DNA of 64,000 bases from Antedon mediterranea (lineage: Eukaryota > Animalia > Echinodermata). The first letter of the stretch is position 1. The number at the start of each line of letters is the position of its first letter. The notes beneath the pieces are model-generated. The model did no database searches. It saw only the letters and a list, made by a program, of their open reading frames with translations, and was not told where the DNA came from. The position numbers were made by a program, and so were the translations under genes. Location of the stretch: the NCBI RefSeq assembly GCF_964355755.1, contig NC_092671.1, forward strand, positions 33,800,304 through 33,864,303, given 5' to 3'. Below, piece after piece: positions 40,424-52,152 of this stretch.

Positions 40424-41249
40424 CGACCGACCGACATAGTGAACTATAGAGTCGCTTCCACGCGACTAAAAATGGATCAATCTCCGGGATTCCCTTCAGA
40501 GAACCATAAAAAATAATTCAACTAAAAGTGGTGATGCTGGTGGTGGGGGAGTTAAAAAATATAAATGGGCTGATCAGATGAATTTTTTAGTTCCATATCT
40601 TGAACCAAGACAGTAAGTTTTTATGATTAATATTATAATAATTATTATTAATTAAGTTGCCATTCGATTGAAGAACTAGCCTTCCTCCTAGGCCTGCCAA
40701 GTTACTAGTATTAATTATAATCGATGTAATAATAGTAAAACTGGCTTTTCTATACTACGCACATACCTATAGGCCCTAATACGGAAATAATAGCTTTTTT
40801 CAATGACCCTAATACGGTTACTGAAAATAAATAACGTTAATCTTTAATACAATTAAAACTTTTTTTCTTACATAAGTTCAAGCTCTTTAGATCTTTTTTT
40901 AAATTTGATGATGGACGATCAGGTTTTATTCACAGAAGAACTGGGTTTAGAGGACACTACTGAAGAGTCAATTGTAGTAGCACCAAAAAGATCTGCCCCT
41001 TCAAAACCTGCATCATCATCGTCATCTAAAGCCCCAAAATATGAAAACGTAGGCCTAAAAATTGTTGATTATCTAGAATCAAAAGAAATAAACAAAACTC
41101 CTAAAAAAAATAAGGACGCATTAGAACTTTTTTTCGAATCAACATTTCAAACTGTCAAATCGTTTCCAAAGATCAAACAAATTCAAGTTAAAAAGGCTAT
41201 AACATCTCTTGTTCTCGACATAGAAGAGGAAATCGCTAATGAAGAATAA
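38313..41249 (+). pseudogene. Harbinger MADF (Myb/SANT-like)-BESS DNA-binding protein; exons 38313-38315, 39010-39144, 39612-40612 (HINE-interrupted), ~40877-41249
   Basis: M-NIEQLILLVQQNKILYDKSSNEY/KQDKQKADVWKAIGDEVGVDG-ESAKK/KWINLRDS...KYKWADQMNFLVPYL and a BESS-like DALELFFESTFQTVKSFP.IKQIQVKKAI. Broken by a 5-bp insertion and a HINE. Confidence 0.82.
39628..40468 (-). mobile_element. HINE family 1, copy 3, inserted in the MADF exon
   Basis: Near-identical to 17707-18508; splits the AAA AAA TGG (KKW) codons. Confidence 0.88.
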
Positions 41250-41539
41250 TTCAATAAACAAAAATGTATAATCAATTAATTAGACTCGAAGTACTTTTGG
41301 TTGAATAAATAGTTTTTATTTTTTATTCATAACTTTGAAACTGTTGGTGCAATTTTAATATTTTGAAATTAAAATAATAAAACATATACAGTATGCTGAA
41401 ATTTAAATAGTGGAATAGTCATATCAATTTGTTGTCTCAGAATACGTTTGTTTACCTACATTTATAACCGGATAAATTTTGGTGGAAATACATAGTATAA
41501 ACGAATGACATTTATATAAATATACTACATATAGTTAAT

Positions 41540-42541
41540 TTACTTTGGCAATAGTGTAGCTACACCGAATGTTTTCTGGACCTGCCATGAAACACTGCCA
41601 GCATCAGAACTGAAGTAGCGCTTAAACTTATCTCTGATATCGAGAGCGCTCGCTGCGCTGTGGTGCCCTCTTCGACTTTCTACAGCTTGCAGTCCTTCTG
41701 CTTCCATTAAGTTATTACTTAACATGTTCTGTTCATCTAGACCAATTTCAAAATGTTTACATCTTGAAGTCTTCCGAATGTAATTGTACAGCACACATGT
41801 TACCTTCACAATTTTCTCTGCATTTTCTGCTAAAAGGGCGATTTTCCTGTGGTACAGTCGGAACTTGCTTGCGAGTATTCCGAAAGCATTCTCGGACACT
41901 CGCCGTGCCCTTGAATGCCGGTAGTTGTAAACACGCATTTCCCTCGTTAACTCTTTTCCAGGGTATGGCCGCATTAGGTTTTTTTTAAGAGGAAAAGCCT
42001 CATCCTCCACAACTACCAGCGGTATTCTCCCCAGGTCGGGGCTACCTGGAAGTTCTCTTGGTTGAGGAATGCCAAGGAGTCCTTTGTCAACTCCTTGACA
42101 TAGGGTACTTTGTGCGAAAATACCTCCATCACTATTGGAACCGTAGTTACCAACATCTACGTAGATAAAGTTATATTCGGCATCTATCATTGCCATAAGC
42201 ACAAGAGAAAAGTGTCCCTTATAGTTAAAATACATTGAACCGCTGTTCGCAGGTGCTTGAATCTGAACGTGTTTGCCGTCTATGGCCCCGATTGCATTTG
42301 GAAAGTTCCAACGTACCCGAAATTGTTCGGCTATTCTCTGCCAGTCGTTTGTCTTTGGAAGCGGCATAAATCTCTGCTGAAGGTTATTCCAAATGGATTC
42401 GGTTTGATATGTTTGATATGAACCTTGCGTTTTTCTATGTTTGTAAATGTCGTGTACCCATTCTCTTTTTCTTTTCTTATGTTGTTGATAAGCAACATAT
42501 AGGAGAAGCATCTCATCGTCACTGGAATCACTATCCGCCAT
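41540..42541 (-). CDS. Harbinger (HARBI1-like) DDE transposase, with apparent in-frame loss of the N-terminal HTH region
   Basis: FPNAIGAIDGKHV, YFNYKG.FS, DGGIF, VEDEAFPL..NLMRPYP, YNYRHSRARRVSENAFGIL. WVH...G.Y joins almost directly to IWNNLQ. Confidence 0.88.
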   Translation of the reverse strand: MADSDSSDDEMLLLYVAYQQHKKRKREWVHDIYKHRKTQGSYQTYQTESIWNNLQQRFMPLPKTNDWQRIAEQFRVRWNFPNAIGAIDGKHVQIQAPANSGSMYFNYKGHFSLVLMAMIDAEYNFIYVDVGNYGSNSDGGIFAQSTLCQGVDKGLLGIPQPRELPGSPDLGRIPLVVVEDEAFPLKKNLMRPYPGKELTREMRVYNYRHSRARRVSENAFGILASKFRLYHRKIALLAENAEKIVKVTCVLYNYIRKTSRCKHFEIGLDEQNMLSNNLMEAEGLQAVESRRGHHSAASALDIRDKFKRYFSSDAGSVSWQVQKTFGVATLLPK

Positions 42542-43099
42542 TATTGATTGATTGATTAATTAATTGATTATGTGACCTCAAGTATTTTTAATTAAAATTC
42601 AAAATAAAGTGGCAACTTAACATTTGCGAAAATCAAAAACTAATTTATAAATATGTGAGCACATAAATTCTAATATTTTAAGTTTAAGTCTCCATCTTTA
42701 AAAAAAAAATTGGCAACATTATTGTATAAATTACAAATTATCAATTTGTAACATTGCATAGTAACGTAGTAAGCGTATCACAGTCAACGTCATCACCTTC
42801 ACGACAATCGTTACCAAATCGTTCAAATGTAAACGCGGACCTGTTACGACGACGACACGACAACGACATTCGTGTCGTTATCGTGTCGTTATCGTATCTA
42901 GTGTAAATGGCGCTTAACACGAGCGATGTGTAAACTCAACTCGAGCGATGTGTAAACTCAACTCGCGCGATGTCTCCATAACACGAGCGATGTGTAAACT
43001 CAACTCGAGCGATTTCTATATAACACGAGCGAGGTCAACTTGACATAGTTATGTCCGTCCTGGCGTGCCATAAGGACTCAGCCCGGAGGTCGACCAACT

Positions 43100-43520
43100 A
43101 CCAGATCCATCTCTAATTGTAATTATATTATTCCTCGACCTTCATTAGAGATTTTTGAACAATGTTTCAATTATAAAGCGCCTATGTATTTTAATAGGAT
43201 TCCTAAAATCATTCGACAATCTGAAAATATTATTTCCTTTAAACGTGAACTTAAAGAATTTATTTCCAGTTAATATTGTTTGTACTATGTATATATATAT
43301 ATATATTATCTGTCAACAATTTTAACTTCTATATGAATTTTATATAATCATTGTAAATGTATAGGCCTATTATATATATTTTGACGTCATTTGAATATTT
43401 AATATTGTATGTGTTGTACTGTATGTATGTTTTATCGAGGGCCCTGAATGATCAGTTCTATTTGGAACTGGATAGGCTACCCTCAGTAAAGATGGTAATA
43501 AAATTAAAAAATTTAAAAAA
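43100..43520 (+). mobile_element. LINE 3' end (L2/CR1-group)
   Basis: FNRIPKIIRQSENIISFKRELK followed by the tail gagggccctgaatgatcag...ctg...accctcagtaaa and an A-rich end. Confidence 0.65.
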
Positions 43521-45619
43521 CTAGACTGGATTACATAGTGATAACCCATAACCCATTATCTTAAACACCCATTACCAGATGTGAAATACTTATTGTGTTT
43601 CCATATAGAGATAATCTTTGAAGAATATTTGTGGTTTGTGGGGAAACGTAACTAATTCCCGTATGGCAACGTTTCATTTTTTAGATGGAGTTTTTCACTT
43701 ACACAACGTTTATTTTCTGTTTTATAACTTTTTATATTTGCATATTTTTCCGTGCAAACACAGTTACCGTAACATTGTTTCTTGTTTCTTTAGTATCTAG
43801 CTTTGAAGGACATAATCGTGGGTGAATGTTTTATATCTGCTGGCAAGTCATTCCATATTTTTCCGCCTGCAACTTTAAAAGACGAATCCATTTTGCTACG
43901 GGTATAATGAAGTATAACAACATTTAAGTTGTCTACTCCACGCGTTGAATGGGTGTGTACATTCCCAATTAGTTCAATTTCATCTGTCAATCTGGTTGGA
44001 GCAAGGCCGTGGATACATTTATACATTAGACTAGCTAGATAAAAATCTCTTCTCTCTTCAAATGTTTTCCAGGAAAGATCCTGAATTATGTCATCACCCC
44101 TCACGTTAACATAATCAAAATTGTGGGGAAAAATGCGAGCCGCTCTTCTATGAAGACGCTTCAAGATATTCTTGTTTTGCTCAGAGGTATTTCTCCAAAC
44201 AGTTATCGTATAGTCACTACAAGGTTGTATGGTACTCTTAAACAACGTTTCTAATAATGATTTATTTAGACATCCCGCCATTTTACTCAACATTGACATT
44301 TTATACCCAATATTTTTAGACGTGACTGGGTATTCTGTTTCCACGTTAACATTTCATCTATAATAATAGTATAACTCCCAGATATATTATGCTATCAACT
44401 TGTTCAATTTTGGTGGGCCCAATTTTAATATCCAGTTGGATACTGAACGACTGTTTCTGAGTAACATGACCTTAGTTTTGTCTTTATTGATTGAGAGGTG
44501 GTTTCTATTATACCATTCACTAACATTATTCATGATTATTTGTAGTAGAGTAGAACTAATGCAAAAAAGCGGCCAACCTCAAAAAATTGCAACAAAAGGT
44601 TTTTCAACGGATTTTGGTAGTATTGGGTGTACTAAACAACAGAAAAAAGTCTCAAGAATTTCGACCCCCGGAAAGTGTTTTTTTTTCAAGATGGCCACCA
44701 AAATTGATAAAAAGTGAAAATGGCCATACCTCCTAAACTACTTGGTCTATTGATATAATTTTGGTACCAACATACTCAGAACATACATATTTATATTCGC
44801 TATAATAGAACATTTTGGCCAAAATTGACCGGAAATACCATTTCTGACAATTTGAGCTTTGACCTTGATATGTTGTATCTTGGTAATAACTGACCGTTGG
44901 GAAACAAATGATGGCTCAAATTGTTCAGAATGTACATATTTACATTTATTGTAATGAGACATTTTGTCAAAAAATGGTTGGAAGTAAAGGTTATTGACCT
45001 TTAACCTTTATCTATGTAGAATTTCCATATCTCGGCAACTATGTGTGATAGAGATTTAAAATTGGGCTCTAAATACTGAGAATATACTTATTTATATTTA
45101 CTCTAATGAAACAGTTTGGCAAAAAATGACCAGAAACGACATTTGTTTACCATTGACCTTGATATGCTATATTTCGATAATGACTGACTGAGATACACTA
45201 TTTATGGCTCAATTTGTTCAGAATATAATTATTTTTATTTCGTATAATGGTCTAATCTACCCATGGAATTAAGAGCTTTCCTGGGAATCTTATGGTCATT
45301 TTATTTTTTTAACTGATTTTTTCAAATTTTTTAATGTTTTGTATAAATTTTTGTATTTTTTTTAATGTTTCTGTTTCCATTATTTATATATATATTTTTG
45401 TAAATCAACAATTTCAGCCTTCGGGCTGCATGTTTTTTATTGTATAAACCTGAATAAAAATAAAAAAAATCGAGTAACTGTAATATTTTACATTTATTAT
45501 ATTATATTTAGAATATGAGTTCAAGTTCAAATTGTTCAGAACATTATATACTGTATACATTCTTAATAATAATAGTGAATAAAAAACCCGAAAAGTAAAC
45601 AAAAACAAATATATTAATA

Positions 45620-46240
45620 ATTTTAAATTTCTAATTACGGTATAGCAGCAGTTGATTGGATATTGTGCATGTATTTAGTACGGCATCCTAAACAACTGTT
45701 CCAACTTCGTCTTCATCATCGTCATCAATATCTCTATCTACGTTGTTCCATTCTTCTAGTTGACACACTCAACAAACTGAAGCACATGCCAATCCATAGC
45801 ATCTACAACTGCAACATACAGTTTTACATCCAGTAGTACAGTTACAATGGATGATTTTCAAAAGTTCTTCTGAAGAAGCAATTTCAATCGTCATTATTGG
45901 CACAAATGTTTTATTAAAAACTTCCCCGACTTGGCAGCATCCATGGTATTATCTTTCTTTATCCATTGCATGATTTGATAGTATACTCTAAGACTGTGAC
46001 ATTTTGTAGCAGATGAGGTTGGTGGTAGTAGTTGTTGAGGTTTGATAAATTATTTACCCTCAGCAACTTTCTTATTAAACAGCTTGCATCTGTAGCTATT
46101 TAGGAAATCCAGTGACTTGGCTCCAAAAAGAATAGACATGGCCTTTAATCCAAACTCCTCGATAGTTTGAAGTTTCTGATGCGGTTGAGTGAAAATATCG
46201 GCACACATCAGTGTCATATTCTAGGTTACTTTCTATCAAT
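45620..46240 (-). pseudogene. Inverted duplicate of the Academ transposase 3' end
   Basis: Reverse complement of ~47010-47600. It retains HSLRVYYQ and CNCTTGCKTVCC segments deleted in the forward copy. Confidence 0.85.
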
Positions 46241-46344
46241 GTATTGGTTTATTTGCCTTCCTAAAGATGTCTTTGGCTTCGAAGAGTGAGGGTGGAAACG
46301 GACTTAGTTCATATTTCATTACATCGTCTAGAGAGATTTGTCCT

Positions 46345-47530
46345 AACTGAATTTGATGGAAAGAAAGAAGAATTCCTGTCAAGGCATGAGAATAAACACA
46401 AATTTATCAACATGCTTTCATATGAGCTACAGAAAAAAGAATGTCCTGTACGACATGCAGCCAACGAGTTATGGTTATGATGCTTGGCTACCACTCCAAG
46501 GGTCCTGAGTTCAAGCCCCATCACATGTCAGGATTTTTTCTAAGGACCAAATTACTCCACTCCCAAAGACTTGTAATAAGACTTTGTTTTGTAGAGCATC
46601 TTGTGTATATGTTTGTCTTGTGAACCTCTGAGGGTCCCTAATGATCAGCAATAGCTGCATGGATCACCCTCATTAAATATGGTTTAAAAAAAACAACAAC
46701 AAAAACAATGCCGATGTTGACATTGCTCTGGCAACAGTTGAAGTCTCTGAACATAATACAGTAACTTTGATTGGAGAAGACACGGACTTACTGGTACTTT
46801 TACTGTATCATGTAAATACAACAAACCGAGAAGTGTACTTCAGATTAGACAAAGGAAAAGATGGGCCTACTAAAGTGATTAATGTAACCAGATTGAAATC
46901 TGTTTTAGGATATAAAATGTGAAATGCATTACCCATAGTGCATGCATTCACTGGTTGTGATTCGACGTCTAGGAGTTTCGGAATCGGCAAGAAAGCGGCA
47001 TTTAATAAATTGATTGAAAGTAACCCAGAATATGACATGTGTGCCGATATTTTCACTCAACCGCATCAGAAACTTTAAACTATCGAGGAGTTTGGACTTA
47101 AGACATGTCTATTCTTTTTGGAGCGAAGTCACTGGATTCCCTGAATAGCTACAGATGCAAGCTGTTTAATAAAAAAGTTGTTGAGGGTAAATCATTTATC
47201 AAACCTAGCCTCAACAACTACCACCAACGTCATCTGCTACAGAATGTCAGTCAAATCATGCAATGGCTATAGAAAGATAATACCATGGATGCTACCAAGT
47301 GGGTATGGAAAGTTTGTAATAAAACATTTGTGCCAATAATGACGATGGAAACTGCTGCTCCAGAAGAACTTTGAAAATCATCCATTGTAACTACTGGATG
47401 TAGGTTGCAGTTGTAGACGCTATGGATTGACATGTACTTCAGTTTGTGGAGTGTGTCAACTAGAAGAATGGGACAACGTAGATAGAAAGATTGATGACGA
47501 TGATGAAGACGAAGTTGGAACAGTGGTTTA
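46345..47530 (+). pseudogene. Academ transposase C-terminal half (XPG/PIN-like plus Cys-rich zinc finger)
   Basis: KEEFLS..ENKHKFINML...HAANADVDI...GEDTDLLVLLLYH...HAFTGCDSTS..FGIGKK...LPPT...APEELLKIIHCN..CSC. Contains stops, frameshifts and a SINE insertion. Confidence 0.85.
46465..46708 (+). mobile_element. tRNA-derived SINE with LINE-like 3' tail
   Basis: A-box-like tggtta, B-box gagttcaagcc, tail gagggtccc..gatcag..ctg..accctca..aaata plus an A-rich end. Interrupts the GCC AAT codons. Confidence 0.75.
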
Positions 47531-47931
47531 AGATGCCGTACTAAATACATGCACAATATCTAATCAATTGCTGCTATACCGTAATTAGAAATTTAAAAGT
47601 TATAATTAAATTCTGAACAAATTTAGCCATAAATGGTGTATCTCAGTCAGTCATTATCGAAATATAGCATATCAAGGTCAATGGTTAAACATGTCGTTTC
47701 TGGTCATTTTCTGTCAAACTGTTTCATTAGAGTAAATATAAATAAGTATATTCTCAGTATTTAGAGCCCAATTTTAAATCTCTACCACACATAGTTGCCG
47801 AGATATGGAAATTCTACATAGATAAAGGTTAAAGGTCAATAACATTTACTTCTAACCATTTTTTGACAAAATGTCTCATTACAATAAATGTAAATATGTA
47901 CATTCTGAACAATTTGAGCCATCATTTGTTT

Positions 47932-50812
47932 TAGATGAGTGGAAATAGACTTTTCAGTCAAACAAATTGCAACAGTTTGTTTTTTTGCTGAAACATGCTC
48001 AACTATATGTAGATATTATCATATCCAAAATCTACCCTGATCTGCCTATTATAAATTACCTAATTTTCATAAAATCAAAATGGCTGCCATTTTACAACTT
48101 TGATCCCAATTATCTCTTAAACCATAAAGAATTTGGTATAAGAATGTATTGAACACAAATATAAACATGACCCCAAAGATTCAGAATAATATATTTGATT
48201 TGTCTTTGGGGTCAAGGTCAAAGGTCATTTCAGTTTGGCATCTAAAATATGCTAATTATCTCTTAATCTCTTAGGTATTTTGAATAAGAATGTATAAGTA
48301 CAAATATAAATGTGACCCTAAAGATTTAAAATAATGTATTTGATTTGTCTTTGGGGTCAAGGTTAAAGGTCATTCCAGTATGGCCTCTAAAATATGCTAA
48401 TTATCTCTTAATCCATTAGGTATTTTGAATAAGAATGTATAACTATAAGTACAAATATAGGCCTAAACATGACGCTAACGGTTTAGAATAATGTACAGTA
48501 ATTGAGTTGTATTAGGGTTCAAGGTTCAAAAGGTCATCTAATTACACTATATAAAATTTGAAAATAACTCTCAAAACATCAGGTATTTTTAACAAGAATG
48601 TATTTAATATATGACCCTAAATATTCAGAATGATGCAATTGAGTTGTATATGGGGTCAAAGTCAAATGTCATATAATTATGCCATATAAAATATGCTAAT
48701 TTTCTCTCAAAACATCAGGTATTTTTAACAAGAATGTATTTAATATAAATATGACCCTAAATATTCAGAAAGATGCAATTGAGTTGTATAGGGTCAAATG
48801 TCATCTAATTATGCCATATAAAATATACTAATTATCTCTCAAAACATCAGGTATTTTGAACAAGAATGTATTTAATAGAAATATACAGTAATATGTTCTT
48901 ATGATTTGCATTTGATTTGTATTGGGTCAAGATAAAATGTCATTATCTTACAATATAAAATACTCTAATTATGAAGTGAATTCATTTCAATTTGGATGAT
49001 GTACCTATGAACAAATCATATCTATTTTGAAAAGCTCATTTGAGTTAACTTCAGGGATCAGACTATTAGGAAAGGTGTTTTAATTGTAAGGAATTACATT
49101 TATTATATATGTTTTTTTTTTTTAGATTATAGTACACTATGCTAAAATATGTCGCACAAAAACTGTCAATCCTGGCTGGTTGTGTGAAGTGTTTAAATTA
49201 TGGGAAAGTGTGGAAACACTTTTACCCTTACAAAATTTGTAACTGTGAAAATGGAGGTCATGTGGTTCAAACAGTAACCGACCACTTTTTAAACAGTAAA
49301 ACCTGACCCTAACATTGGGAAAAGTTAAGTTGTACTAACCAAAGTGGGTGCAGTAGTGAAAGATGACATATTCTGTGTATTAAGAATACAGAGACTATGT
49401 GAACTAAAAATATTTAGAACAAGTGTCTATAGTTTACTTTAGTATAAGAACGAGTCCTCTGCTCTCAAATGACACAAATACAGAAAATATAGAGATACAT
49501 TTAAAAAAAAATAGAATCTTTCGTAACACCCTAAATTTTTAAGTTTGAGATGAATGAAAATTTTAAAAAATCCAGCCATTAAAAACAAGTGTAGTTTGTA
49601 TTCATATTTAAATACCCTTAGTGTATGTTAAAATTTATCACAAACATTTTAAAGTATCAGTATATATTAGGATTAAGTAACAGTATTTATTAATACTTTT
49701 ATTAGCAAAATGATGCTTCAATCGAGAATGATTACAGTAAGACATTAATTTCATTGTGATACTTACTAAAGTATATACTTTAACAAAACTAGTTCTTTGC
49801 AACTGTTGTTACTTAGTTTATAGTTGTAGATAATTTGATTTAAAAAAAAATTATAGATGATAATTTAAATTACTAATTATCAGAAAGCTATGTTTTTTGG
49901 TCTACTCTGACGTAATTTTACTGAATTCTCAGTGCAGCGAGAACATCTTAAAAAGTAACTCCATTGACGATCGAGTCCGACCCAAAAGTTATTTAGACAT
50001 TTTTGTGACCAATGTTTCAGAAATGTATGGTTATAAGCTCATAGGCCTACTAAAGTAGGTATGCCTAAATGTAAAAGTAAATGTCAAAATAAGCTATACT
50101 GTATGGTATAAAGTAAATTACCTACTGATCCCATGTCAATTTTGTAGTTATAATATTTATAAATAAACAATTTTTTCAAAATGTTTAAGGTAAAATCATT
50201 GACCTAGTAATCTCTGGGTGGGAGGGGTGTGGGCGCAGTGTGCAGACATCAATCTGCTGCAATGTCTGTACTGTATATGCTGTGTTTTTAGTAGTAGTAA
50301 GACTAACTATGCAAATTGATTTAAAGGATAATTTGAATTTTTTATATTGTGACCTTTGACCCAGTGACCCCAGGGTAAGATCAAAAATCAAATGTGCTAT
50401 TCTGAATCTTAAGGGTCATGTTTATATTTGTACTTATACATTCTTATTCAAAATACTTAATGGATTAAGAGATAATTAGCATAATTTAGATGTCAAACTG
50501 GAATGACCTTTGACCTTGACCCCCAAAGACAAATCAAATATATTATTCTGAATCTTTGGGGTCATGTTTATATTTGTGTTCAATACATTCTTATACCAAA
50601 TTCTTTATGGTTTAAGAGATAATTGGGATCAAAGTTGTAAAATGGCAGCCATTTTGATTTTATGCAAATTAGGTAATTTATAATGGGCAGATCAGGGTAG
50701 ATTTTGGATATGATAATATCTACAATTATAGTTGAGCATGTTTCAGCAAAAAAACAAACTGTTGCAATTTGTTTGACTCAACGCCTATTTTTGATCTATT
50801 TCCACTCATCTA
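47932..50812. mobile_element. Non-autonomous Academ-type element nested in the Academ
   Basis: TAGATGAGTGGAAATAGA...TCTATTTCCACTCATCTA, ~500-bp inverted arms with ~120-bp subrepeats, and a TTT TSD. The empty site is visible in the mirror arm at 44891-44915. Confidence 0.88.
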
Positions 50813-51469
50813 TTTCCCAACGGTCAGTGGTTACCAAGATACAACATATCAAGTTCAAAGGTCAAATTGTCAGAAATGGTATTTCCGGTCAATTTTGGCC
50901 AAAATGTTCTATTATAGCGAATATAAATATGTATGTTCTGAGTATGTTGGTACCAAAAGTATATCAATAGACCAAGTAGTTTAGGAGGTATGGCCATTTT
51001 CACTTTTTATCTATTTTGGCGGCCATCTTGAAAAAAAAACACTTTCCGGGGGTCGAAATTCTTGAGACTTTTTTTCTGTTGTTTAGTACACCTAATACTA
51101 CCAAAATCCGTTGAAAAACCTTTTGTTGCAATTTTTTTGAGGTGAAACCTTATTTCTACTCTACTATTGTAGAAAATCGTTTACACACTTAGTTGAATTA
51201 CCAGTAGTATACAAAAAAACATCATCAGCAAAAATGCTGCAAGTTCCACTTATAACAGACTGCGAAATATCATTATCAGGACACTTCCTTGCGGAACACC
51301 AATGTTAATATCTCTCAGTTTAGATTTTCTATTGTTGCAGTATACAAACTGTTTTCTGTTTTTCAGATAATTTACAAACCAATTAAAAACATTTTCACGA
51401 ATACATATAATTTAAAATGTTTTGTGTTATAAAGTAAGGTAATATGCGTTTAATATTATACAAATAGAC

Positions 51470-52115
51470 CTAATGAATGTTTATGAGTGTAATGGTACAA
51501 ATAATGGCATGAGGTGAATGATAAAAGGTTATATTTCAACGAGGCGCGAGCCGAGCTGAACTATAACCTTTCATCATTCAACAAATGCCATTATTTGTAC
51601 CATTACACTAATATAAAACAATTCATTATTTGTTTTGTATAACATATAAATAGATTCCTGTCATTTGAATCAAATAAAAGATAGGCCTAGCCAAGGCCTA
51701 TATTTGATTCACATTGATTAAAAGAGTAACATTTGGTTTTTAATAATTATATTAAAAATTATTATGTATATGGATTTTATAAACGCACCTACTGTAGTGT
51801 TAATTATGTCAACAAACGACCAAACAATCCTAGGCCTATCGAGGCTAAAACGCCGAGGCCTAGCCTAAATACTAACAAAAATCTGCTGCTGGTGTTTACA
51901 AACGAAACTGAGGCCAGACGACAGGAGGTACTGTTGTATTTCACAGTAATGTGTATACAGTACTAGATTTATTTGCATCTGCATTTTATCGTACACAAAA
52001 AATGTTTAAAAAAGTACTACTAAACGATCGTTTAATATTGTGTACTATTGCACGCCATGTTACCCACAATCGTCCAATCAAATGACAGGAATTTATTTAG
52101 GTGTTATATAAAATA
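51470..52115. mobile_element. Palindromic MITE/HINE-like element
   Basis: ~120-bp hairpin (tgtaatggtacaaataatggca...tgccattatttgtaccattaca) with a GAGGCG..GCCGAG core, plus an inverted pair at 51650 and 52078. A second partial copy lies at 55176-55400. Confidence 0.65.
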
Positions 52116-52152
52116 TGAATGAATTTTATTGATAATATAATAGCAAATTCAC

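Larger units (their letters stand above)
38010..42914. mobile_element. PIF/Harbinger DNA transposon
   Basis: ~40-bp TIRs (cgccatttacactagatacgataacgacacgataacgacacg), TAA TSD at 38007-38009 and 42915-42917, and convergent MADF-BESS and DDE transposase genes. Confidence 0.95.
37845..43035 (+). repeat. ~20-21 bp minisatellite (cgcgatgtgtaaaaactcaaca) split by the Harbinger insertion; parts 37845-38006 and 42918-43035
   Basis: Head-to-tail units on both sides. The empty site caacaTAAcacgagcgatg matches the unit at ~42975. Confidence 0.85.
44543..51166 (+). mobile_element. Academ DNA transposon (defective, rearranged)
   Basis: Ends TAGTAGAGTAGAA...TTCTACTCTACTA, long inverted arms, 3-bp TSD TTG (44540-44542 and 51167-51169), and an internal transposase remnant. 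Confidence 0.9.
43790..51390 (-). pseudogene. LINE RT (L2/CR1-group) split by the Academ insertion; parts 51170-51390 and 43790-44542
   Basis: GVPQGSVL and IFADD at 51200-51300. Removing the Academ and one TTG restores the frame VNDFLQIIMNNVSEWYNRNHLSINKDKTKVM. C-terminus RAARI...MYKCIHGLAP...IWNDLP. Confidence 0.88.

Noticed and set aside
44400-44962. ORFs here and their mirrors at 50704-50984
   Set aside because: They lie in Academ inverted arms or antisense to the LINE and are non-coding.
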